Of a stretch of 64,000 nt of DNA, positions 1 through 6,957 are shown one piece after another; the stretch's first letter is position 1, and every line of letters starts with the position of its first letter. Location of the stretch: the NCBI GenBank assembly GCA_963666975.2, contig CAXVYR010000003.1, positions 224,001 through 288,000 of the forward strand, given 5' to 3'. The DNA is from Terriglobia bacterium (lineage in GTDB: Bacteria; Acidobacteriota; Terriglobia; 2-12-FULL-54-10). The notes beneath the pieces were generated by a model. The model ran no database searches and was not told the origin of the DNA. It saw only the letters and a program-made list of their open reading frames with translations. The position numbers and the translations under genes were made by a program.

Positions 1-169
1 TCCGCCAATGATAACTGCGCCAAGCTTCGAGCGGTTCACGAAGCGGCATGGAAGTTCCGTGAGGATCGGCGGCGAGCTTCTGGATTCCCTTCTTCAGGGA
101 GTTTTTGAACTTCTTCGGAAGGGCATCGACATCCTGTTTCCCCTCCGGGGTAAACAGTATCCGGTACAC
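1..169 (-). CDS. RelE/ParE-superfamily toxin (3' end runs off the window)
   Basis: Not in the ORF track. Manual translation from GTG at 169 gives MYRILFTPEGKQDVDALPKKFKNSLKKGIQKLAADPHGTSMPLREPLEAWRSYHWR, a typical RelE N-terminus. It starts 2 nt after the antitoxin stop. Confidence 0.8.
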   Translation of the reverse strand, partial: MYRILFTPEGKQDVDALPKKFKNSLKKGIQKLAADPHGTSMPLREPLEAWRSYHWR

Positions 170-171
170 CT

Positions 172-495
172 TTAGTTCTCCGCAAACACGTCCTCGAATG
201 AATGGAGTTTTCCCCGGCGGGCGTCTTCTTCTACGGACTCGGCGGTTTTCAGCAGCCGGGCGTAGAGCTTCCGGTCGGCGGTGATTTCGAGAGTTTCAAT
301 GGCCGACCGCAGACCGGAAACCAGCTCCTCAAAATACGGCTTGTCCAGGATGAACTTTTCATTGGCTTTTCCGCGAGCCGCCACCACCACGACCGTTTTT
401 CCCTTGGCCATGCGGAGAACGGCGCTTTGTTCCTGGCGGAGAGCAGACCGGTTCACTTTGCGGGTCCGTGGTTGCAGACTTTTTAGCGGCGGCAT
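172..495 (-). CDS. Phd/YefM-like antitoxin
   Basis: 107 aa. N-terminal helix and VVVV strand, a YefM-like 'ETLEI' segment and an acidic 'GKLHSFEDVF' tail. Lies directly upstream of the RelE-like gene. Confidence 0.7.
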   Translation of the reverse strand: MPPLKSLQPRTRKVNRSALRQEQSAVLRMAKGKTVVVVAARGKANEKFILDKPYFEELVSGLRSAIETLEITADRKLYARLLKTAESVEEDARRGKLHSFEDVFAEN

Positions 496-509
496 AGTAT
501 TCCTCTATA

Positions 510-572
510 TGTACAAAATAAGGAAGCTTATGTACATGTTGTATTTTCGTCGAAAAGTCGAGATTCTGTCAA
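510..572 (-). promoter_or_regulatory. TA operon promoter/operator with two TGTACA palindromes
   Basis: TGTACA at 510-515 and 531-536. TTGACA on the minus strand at 572-567, with a weak -10 (GAAAAT) 18 bp downstream. Confidence 0.55.
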
Positions 573-641
573 GCGGTGTTGTGGGACGGTATGTGAATCA
601 ATTTCTACGTCAGACACAGCTTTAGAGCTTGCGTGAAAACC

Positions 642-936
642 ATCCGAGCCGCGACCGCCAGGGAGCGGTCACAACCGCACGGTGCATTCCCGGCCATGTC
701 TGACCGCTCCTTCACAGTCGCGGCTCTGATTTGTTTTTGGTAGCCACGGTAAATTGGCCATCTCAATTTGCCGTGCGTTTGCAAATTCAGTCCGAGCCGC
801 GCGCGTAAGCAAGCGGACAATCCGAATACTTAGCGCGGCAGCAGGTGCGTATAACAGATTTTGTCCACTCCCTAACGGTCGTGGCTCGGATTTGTTTTTG
901 GTAGCCACGGTAAATTGGCGGTTTCAATTTGCCGTG
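642..936. repeat. Tandem pair of REPIN-like units (inverted REP doublet plus a conserved 45-bp hairpin tail)
   Basis: REP GAGCCGCGACCGCCAGGGAGCGG at 642-671 has an inverted partner at 701-730. A second pair lies at 791-820/861-891. Each pair is followed by TTGTTTTTGGTAGCCACGGTAAATTGG..CAATTTGCCGTG (731-775, 892-936). Confidence 0.85.
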
Positions 937-996
937 GGTTTGTAGACGAGCAATATACCCACGGGGAGGAAAATCGCTCGCCGTGATGGCTACCAG

Positions 997-1599
997 TTAG
1001 TTTTCGAAGAGCGATTTCGAAAGTTGGTTATCTATCCATCTTTTTTTCTTCATCTTGTCGCGGACTTTAGTTTGAATCTGAGAAGGAGTATTAGTTAGAT
1101 ATTCCTTGGCATGTTTGAGGACATTCTTTGCCTCTCTTTCTTTCATTTCCAGTTCTGACAAGTAAGCCACTGCGTCCTTAACAGTAAATTGCTTCTTTCT
1201 CTCGGTTGCCCAGTTACTTTCTAGACCAGTCCAGATGACCGCATCAACCTTGCCTCGTTGAGACTGCATCCACTTTTGAACAACCGTCTCATTTTTCTTT
1301 TGAACTTTCGGACCGCACTCGTACGGATTAGCTTTAATCCAATGGATATTCTCCTCGCTGGTTTCCTCACGAGTTCTTAAGTTCTCGCACGCTTGTTTCA
1401 GGTACCCGAATTCGCTTATTGCCCAGTAGGTTTTTTTCTTTGGCGACGCGGCATGGATTACAAGGGTGAGTCGCCTGTCGCTTGAGATACGCGCGAACTC
1501 AATTGGCAGTCTTGGGCCGTCACGATACCAACGGGATTTGATCCGAAGCGACCCTGGGCACCAAATCAGAGAACCCCAACCAAGAACAGCTATTTGCAT
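997..1599 (-). CDS. Hypothetical protein, gamma-glutamylcyclotransferase-like fold
   Basis: 200 aa. N-terminal 'IAVLGWGSLIW' resembles the GGCT/ChaC (F/Y)GYGSL motif, and 'LRTRE' is present. Visibly more AT-rich than its neighbours. Confidence 0.6.
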   Translation of the reverse strand: MQIAVLGWGSLIWCPGSLRIKSRWYRDGPRLPIEFARISSDRRLTLVIHAASPKKKTYWAISEFGYLKQACENLRTREETSEENIHWIKANPYECGPKVQKKNETVVQKWMQSQRGKVDAVIWTGLESNWATERKKQFTVKDAVAYLSELEMKEREAKNVLKHAKEYLTNTPSQIQTKVRDKMKKKRWIDNQLSKSLFEN

Positions 1600-1620
1600 A
1601 ACCTCTAACCGCCTTGCCTT

Positions 1621-4596
1621 TTACGAGCACCCACTCGTGCTGCCGCAGTTCTCGCACTTATAGCAGCTTCCGTTGCGGGTCATGATGGAGCCGCAATCGG
1701 CGCAGGCAGGGGCGTCGGTCATGGCGGCAGCGGCATTTGTTTGCTCTCGCACGCCACCCGGAGACGGGGCTGCCGGGGCAGCCTCCAGGAGGTCGCCATC
1801 TCCGAGGCCGATGCCTGCCTGGTAGCCGGGGATAAACTTCAGGGCCAGCCAGCGGAAGATGTAATCCATGATGGACTTGGCGTAGGGGATATCCTGGTTG
1901 CCGGTCCAGCCGGAGGGTTCAAAGCGGGTGTGCGCGAACTTGTCCACCAAGACCTTCATCGGCACGCCGTACTGCAAGGCCAGCGAGATGGCGGTGGCGA
2001 AGCTGTCCATCAGTCCGCTCACGCTCGAACCCTCTTTGGCCATGACGATGAAGATCTCGCCCGGCAGCCCGTCCACGTACATGCCCACCGTGATGTAGCC
2101 CTCGTGCCCGCCGATGGAGAACTTGTGGGTGATGGCCTTGCGCTCTTCGGGCAGCTTGCGCCGGACGGCCTTGCGGACCTCAGGGGACGTTCCCTCAGGG
2201 GCTAAAGCCCCTTCTTGGGTGGGCAGTATCGGCACGGCTGAAGCCGTGCCCTGATCCCTCGGCTTCGCTCGGGACAGGCTCACGCGGCTCTGCTCGCCTT
2301 TGCCCGCGCTCAGCGGCTGGACGCGCTTGGAGCCGTCCCGGTAGACCGCCACCGCCTTCAGCCCCATTTTCCAGGCGGCGATGTAGGTTTCCATAACATC
2401 ATCCACGGTGGCGTCCTCGGGCAGGTTGACGGTTTTGGAGATGGCGCCGGAGAGGAATGGCTGCACGGCCTCCATCATGCGCAGGTGGCCCATGTAATGG
2501 ATCGAGCGTTTGCCGCCGGCGGGCCGGAAGGAACAGTCAAAGACCGGCAGGTGCTCCGGCTTCAGGTAAGGAGCGCCCTCGATGGCGCCGCTACGGTCGA
2601 TGAAGTCCACGATCTCATCCACCTGTTTCGGGTTGTATCCCATCCGCAGCAGCGCCGTGGGCACGGTGTTGTTGACCACCTTGATGACGCCGCCGCCCAC
2701 GAGCTTCTTGAACTTTATCAGGGCCAGGTCCGGCTCCACGCCGGTGGTGTCGCAGTCCATCATAAAGCCGATCGTGCCCGTGGGGGCCAGCACCGTCACC
2801 TGCGAGTTGCGATAGCCGTGCCGGATGCCCTGGTCGTAGCAATCTTTCCAGACTTGCCCGGCCGCCTCAAACAAAGCAGTGGTGGGGAGCTTCTGCGGAT
2901 CGATGCGGTCGAGCGATGCCCGGTGCATGGCGATGACCTCCAACATGGGCTCGCGATTCTGCGCGTAGTGCGGGAAGGGCCCCAAGGCCTCCGCCAGCCG
3001 CGAACTGGTCAGGTAGGCCTGCCCGTGCATCAGGGCTGTAACGTTGCCGGCAAAGTCGCGGCCCGCCGCGCTGTCGTAGGGCAGCCCGCAGGCCATCAGC
3101 ATCGCGCCCAGGTTGGCATAGCCGAGCCCCAGAGGCCGGTAGTTATGCGAATTCATCCCGATCTTCTCGGTCGGATAGCTGGCGTGGTCCACCAGGATTT
3201 CCTGGGCCACGATCATGGTGTCGACGGCGTGGCGAAAGGCTTCCACCTCGAAATGGCCGGCCGGCGAAAGGAACTTCAGCAGGTTCAGCGAGGACAGATT
3301 GCAGGCCGTATCGTCCAGGAACATATATTCCGAGCAGGGGTTGCTGGCGTTGATGCGGCCGCTGGCCTTGGAGGTGTGCCAGCGGTTGATGGTGGTGTCA
3401 AACTGCATGCCGGGGTCGCCGCACTGGTGCGCCGCCCGGGCGATCCGCTGCATCAGCTCCCTCGCTTTGTGGAGCTCCGCCGCATTGCCGGTGGTCACTT
3501 CCCGCGTAGTCCAGGGGCCGTCCTCCAGGACCGCGTTCATGAACTCGTCGGTGACGCGGACGCTGTTGTTGGCGTTCTGGAAAAAAATGGAGCTGTAGGC
3601 TTCCCCGTCCAGCGACGAGTCATATCCCGCATCCACCAGGGTCCACGCCTTGCGCTCCTCCTTGGCCTTGCATTCGATGAACTCCACTATGTCGGGATGA
3701 TCGATGTTCAGGATCACCATCTTGGCGGCGCGGCGCGTCTTTCCGCCGGACTTGATGACGCCGGCAAAGGCGTCGTAGCCGCGCATGAAGCTGATGGGCC
3801 CGCTGGCGCTTCCGCCGCCGGAAAGAGATTCTTCCGCCGAGCGCAACGGAGACAGATTGGAGCCGGTGCCGGAGCCCCACTTGAACAGCATCCCCTCCGT
3901 TTTGGCCAGGGTGAGAATGGAGTCCAGCGTATCGTGAACCGAATTGATGAAGCAGGCCGAACATTGCGGATGGCGATATCCGGTGCCCTCATAGACCGGC
4001 TTTTGCTCGGTTTTGCTCCAATGCCAGTTGAGAAAATTGGTGTCGGGCTCGCAACGCTCCACGCCGCAGTTGAACCAGACGGGCGAGTTGAAGCTGGCCT
4101 TCTGCTGCAGCATCAAGTGGGCCAGCTCGTCGCGGAAGTTCGCCGCGTCGTCGGCGGTGGCGAAGTAGCCGCCCACGAGCCCCCACTCGGCGATGCTGTC
4201 CACTACGCGGCTCACCAGTTGCCGGGCGCTCGACTCGCGCTCCGGCGTTCCCAGCTTCCCGTGCAGGTATTTGCTGGACACAATGTTGGTGGCGGTCTGC
4301 GACCAGCTCTTGGGCACCTCCACGTTGCGTTGCTCGAAGATGACCTTGCCTTTCTCATTCGCAATGGAGGCTGTGCGCAGCTCCCACTCGACCTGTTCAT
4401 AAGGAGAGATATTCTGTTTAGTAAAAAAACGGGGAAAAGAAATCCCCTTGCGGGTGCCGGACGGTGCCGTGGTCTTCAGCATTACATTGCTCGTTTCGTT
4501 GTTCGTATTAGTGTCGGTCTCGCTGCCATTCACATGAACTGAGGTCTCTCCCATGAACACTTCCTCCATATATTTTAGCCGCTGGGAGACCCCCAT
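1621..4596 (-). CDS. nrdJ: Class II (adenosylcobalamin-dependent) ribonucleotide reductase with TSCPD domain and C-terminal Zn ribbon
   Basis: Motifs FNSPVWFN, PQCSACFI, GGKTRRAAKM, ASNPCSE, APTGTI, ISKTVN and C-terminal CxxC..CxxC..GCS. The true start may be a downstream ATG (4569 or 4554). Confidence 0.95.
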   Translation of the reverse strand: MGVSQRLKYMEEVFMGETSVHVNGSETDTNTNNETSNVMLKTTAPSGTRKGISFPRFFTKQNISPYEQVEWELRTASIANEKGKVIFEQRNVEVPKSWSQTATNIVSSKYLHGKLGTPERESSARQLVSRVVDSIAEWGLVGGYFATADDAANFRDELAHLMLQQKASFNSPVWFNCGVERCEPDTNFLNWHWSKTEQKPVYEGTGYRHPQCSACFINSVHDTLDSILTLAKTEGMLFKWGSGTGSNLSPLRSAEESLSGGGSASGPISFMRGYDAFAGVIKSGGKTRRAAKMVILNIDHPDIVEFIECKAKEERKAWTLVDAGYDSSLDGEAYSSIFFQNANNSVRVTDEFMNAVLEDGPWTTREVTTGNAAELHKARELMQRIARAAHQCGDPGMQFDTTINRWHTSKASGRINASNPCSEYMFLDDTACNLSSLNLLKFLSPAGHFEVEAFRHAVDTMIVAQEILVDHASYPTEKIGMNSHNYRPLGLGYANLGAMLMACGLPYDSAAGRDFAGNVTALMHGQAYLTSSRLAEALGPFPHYAQNREPMLEVIAMHRASLDRIDPQKLPTTALFEAAGQVWKDCYDQGIRHGYRNSQVTVLAPTGTIGFMMDCDTTGVEPDLALIKFKKLVGGGVIKVVNNTVPTALLRMGYNPKQVDEIVDFIDRSGAIEGAPYLKPEHLPVFDCSFRPAGGKRSIHYMGHLRMMEAVQPFLSGAISKTVNLPEDATVDDVMETYIAAWKMGLKAVAVYRDGSKRVQPLSAGKGEQSRVSLSRAKPRDQGTASAVPILPTQEGALAPEGTSPEVRKAVRRKLPEERKAITHKFSIGGHEGYITVGMYVDGLPGEIFIVMAKEGSSVSGLMDSFATAISLALQYGVPMKVLVDKFAHTRFEPSGWTGNQDIPYAKSIMDYIFRWLALKFIPGYQAGIGLGDGDLLEAAPAAPSPGGVREQTNAAAAMTDAPACADCGSIMTRNGSCYKCENCGSTSGCS
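2181..2278. repeat. Palindromic repeat cluster in-frame in the nrdJ interdomain linker
   Basis: Palindromes GGGGCTAAAGCCCC and GGCACGGCTGAAGCCGTGCC, followed by CCCTCGGCTTCGCTCGGGACAGG (2256-2278). Confidence 0.75.
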
Positions 4597-4655
4597 GTTA
4601 CACCTAATCCCAAGGTCTCCGGCGGTTTCCTTCTATTGAACGTGAAGCCGAATTT

Positions 4656-4702
4656 AGACAAGATATTGTGGCTTGTCAAGAGGAATAATCAATATATTGT
4701 GG
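4656..4702 (-). promoter_or_regulatory. Tandem NrdR boxes flanking the nrdJ -35 element
   Basis: On the minus strand, CCACAATATATTGATT (4702-4687) and CCACAATATCTTGTCT (4671-4656) start 31 bp apart and fit the acaCwAtATaTwGtg consensus. TTGACA lies between them at 4679-4674. Confidence 0.85.
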
Positions 4703-4920
4703 TATGAAAATTGCAAGGGCGGACCCTTTCATGGGACTGGAAACCGCTTTGATTTCTTGCAGAAGCAGCGCGGGCGGGAGCGGAGTCCCAGCGGTTCCAT
4801 TGATTGGTTTGGTTCCAACAATTTCCGTGCCGGGTTCTGCCATTTGGACGCCAAACCCGCCGGTTATGGATTAGGAACTTCCCGTAGTCACGCGACATTT
4901 CAGCTTTCGGCGGCGGTGCT

Positions 4921-4992
4921 GCAATGAGAGAATCCGCAATGAGAGAATGCATAATGAGAGAATCAAATGAGAAAATCTGGGAGAAAGAATCC
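4921..4992. repeat. Degenerate ~15-bp tandem repeat (AATGAGAGAATC core), 4-5 copies
   Basis: gcaatgagagaatcc gcaatgagagaatgc ataatgagagaatca aatgagaaaatct, immediately upstream of murL. Confidence 0.8.
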
Positions 4993-5010
4993 AGCAAGCG
5001 AATCTAAAGC

Positions 5011-6528
5011 ATGATGTCACGACAGCCAATACCGACAGCCATCGATCCAGTTGCATCGCAACAAAAGTGGAAGGCCCTGCGCGCCCGGCATCCCCGGTTC
5101 GTCTATGAAAGTTTTTCTTTGGAAACCGCGGGGGAGGGGTTGCAGGCAAGGTTCCATTTCCGGATCGAGCCCGGCATCGAGTTCGCGCCGGAGATCACCT
5201 TCGAGCGGATCGACCGGCGCAAGGTGGAGGCGATCCCGAAGGCGGCGCTCGAAAACCTGGTTTTTCATCTCGGCCTGATCGAGATGCTGAGCTACTGGAA
5301 AGCGGCCTGTTCGCCGGAGATAGTAGTGCAGGCCGGGGCGCTTAATTCCGAACAGCAGGCATGGTGGACAGAGCTGATCCATCGCGGCATGGGCGAGTAT
5401 TTCTATGTGAACCAAATCGATTTTCAACGGACGGACTTGGTTAAGATTACAGCCGACCGGGAAGGAAAGCCGAAGAGCGAAAAGCAGATCCCTCCCCTTC
5501 GGCAAGCTCAGGGTAGGGATGACAACAAGGGGGAGCGACGGGAGAGCGTCAATCGGGACTTGGTGCTGACCAGCGGCGGCAAGGATTCGGCAGTGACGCT
5601 GGAGCTTTTGCGCGAAGCGGGCAGGGAATTCGACTGCCTGTTGCTGAACCCCGCCGAGGCGGCACGTGCTGTTGTTCGTCAGGCGGGATGCGGCCGCGCG
5701 GTGGTGGTTCGCCGTACGCTCGACCCCCGTCTGCTGGAGCTCAACGCGGCCGGTTACTTGAACGGGCACACGCCGTTCTCCGCCCTGCTGGCGATACTCG
5801 GCGTCGCCGCCGCCGTCCTGGGCGGATATCGGCGGGTCATCGTCTCGAACGAGCGCAGCGCCGAGCAGGCGACCCTCCAGTTGCCGGAGGGCGAGGTGAA
5901 TCATCAGTACAGCAAAACATTTCACTTCGAGCGCGGCTTCCGCCGGTATTCGCAAAACTATCTGGCTCCGGGAGTGGAATATTTCAGCCTGTTGCGGCCG
6001 CTCTATGAGCTTCAGATCGCCAGACTGTTCTCTTCCTATCCGCAATACTTTCCTCTGTTCCGAAGCTGCAATCGCGCCGTGGACCGCAACGCGTGGTGCT
6101 GCCGCTGCCCGAAGTGTCTGTTTGTATTTACAGTTCTCTATCCGTTTCTCGAGAAGCAGCAGTTGGACGGCATCTTTGGAGAGGCCCGGGGAGAGGACCG
6201 GGGCGAGGACCTGTTCGCCTGGGAAGGGGCTGCGGAGGGTCTGCGGGCGCTGTTGGGCATGGACAGGGACAAGCCGTTCGAGTGCGTGGGCACAAAAGAG
6301 GAGACGCTGGCGGCAATTTATTTGTGCGTCGAAAAGGCGCGGGGAGAGGGAACGACTCTCCCGCCCGCCTTGCGTACCGTCGAGAAAACGGTTTTGTCGT
6401 CTTTATCACTATCTGCCGGGTCCGATCTGCCGGCATTGGCCGAGCGCATCTTGACCGCCTGGACCGACGAGCATCACCTGCCGCCCGATTTGGCTGAAGC
6501 CTTACGGCAAAAGGTAATCCGCAGATGA
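5011..6528 (+). CDS. murL: UDP-MurNAc-L-Ala-L-Glu epimerase
   Basis: PP-loop SGGKDS, 'SYWKAACSP', 'GYLNGHTPFS', 'SNERSA', 'NHQYSK', 'WCCRCPKC' and 'KPFECVG'. Adjacent to a MurD homolog. Confidence 0.85.
   Translation: MMSRQPIPTAIDPVASQQKWKALRARHPRFVYESFSLETAGEGLQARFHFRIEPGIEFAPEITFERIDRRKVEAIPKAALENLVFHLGLIEMLSYWKAACSPEIVVQAGALNSEQQAWWTELIHRGMGEYFYVNQIDFQRTDLVKITADREGKPKSEKQIPPLRQAQGRDDNKGERRESVNRDLVLTSGGKDSAVTLELLREAGREFDCLLLNPAEAARAVVRQAGCGRAVVVRRTLDPRLLELNAAGYLNGHTPFSALLAILGVAAAVLGGYRRVIVSNERSAEQATLQLPEGEVNHQYSKTFHFERGFRRYSQNYLAPGVEYFSLLRPLYELQIARLFSSYPQYFPLFRSCNRAVDRNAWCCRCPKCLFVFTVLYPFLEKQQLDGIFGEARGEDRGEDLFAWEGAAEGLRALLGMDRDKPFECVGTKEETLAAIYLCVEKARGEGTTLPPALRTVEKTVLSSLSLSAGSDLPALAERILTAWTDEHHLPPDLAEALRQKVIRR
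5482..5525. repeat. Palindromic mini-element in-frame within murL
   Basis: AAGCAGATCCCTC..GGGATGACAA with CCCTTCGGCAAGCTCAGGGTAGG inside it. Translates as KQIPPLRQAQGRDDN in a low-complexity loop. Confidence 0.65.
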
Positions 6529-6936
6529 GGCAGATTACGCAGAAAGAGAAGAGAGATCCGAGGACGTATGCCATTATCGGTGCTGCAATAGAGGTTCATC
6601 GACAGTTGGGTTGCGGATTTCTGGAGCCGGCGTGCCAGGAAGCGTTAGCGTTGGAACTGGCCGCGCAAAGTATGCCGTATCGGCGCGAGGTAGAATTGCC
6701 GGTAGCTTACAAAGGCCGGAGACTCTACAAACACTATCGGGCTGATTTTATTTGTTACGATTCGGTGATTGTCGAAGTCAAGGCATTAGATCACTGAAGT
6801 GGGGTGGAAGAGGCCCAGGTCATCAACTACCTGAAGGCCACCGGCAAAGAGGTGGGGCTGCTCCTGAACTTCGGCGCCAAAGCTTTGGAATATCGGCGCT
6901 TTGTTCTCTCTGCGCCATCTGCGTAATCTGTGGATT
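6516..6936 (+). mobile_element. Putative minimal mobile element: GxxExxY gene between 28-bp imperfect inverted repeats
   Basis: The left arm AATCCGCAGATGAGGCAGATTACGCAGA (6516-6543) matches the reverse complement of the right arm (6909-6936), AATCCACAGATTACGCAGATGGCGCAGA, at 23/28 positions. Both have 9-bp internal periodicity. Confidence 0.65.
6525..6926 (+). pseudogene. GxxExxY (PD-(D/E)xK-like) protein with one in-frame TGA
   Basis: 'IIGAAIEVHRQLGCGFLEPAC..YRADFICYDSVIVEVKA'. After TGA at 6795-6797 the same frame continues [26 protein letters not shown]..., to TAA at 6924-6926. Confidence 0.85.
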
Positions 6937-6957
6937 GGCAGCGGGCCCCTGCGTTCC

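Noticed and set aside
642-936. CRISPR array
   Set aside because: The repeats alternate in orientation, there are only two units, and no cas genes are present. REP doublets fit better.
940-1615. Integron cassette around the AT-rich gene (GTTAGAG before the ATG, AACTAAC at the stop)
   Set aside because: The cores deviate from GTTRRRY/RYYYAAC, there is no proper attC stem with a closing core, and no integrase is present.
2485-4542. Long antisense ORFs (685 aa here; also 23144-24688, 26486-27973 and 18722-20107)
   Set aside because: These are shadow frames opposite well-conserved genes, which is expected in high-GC DNA.
4597-5010. Cobalamin riboswitch upstream of nrdJ
   Set aside because: No B12-box or GGGAA..GCCACTG signature is visible. 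The NrdR boxes explain the regulation.
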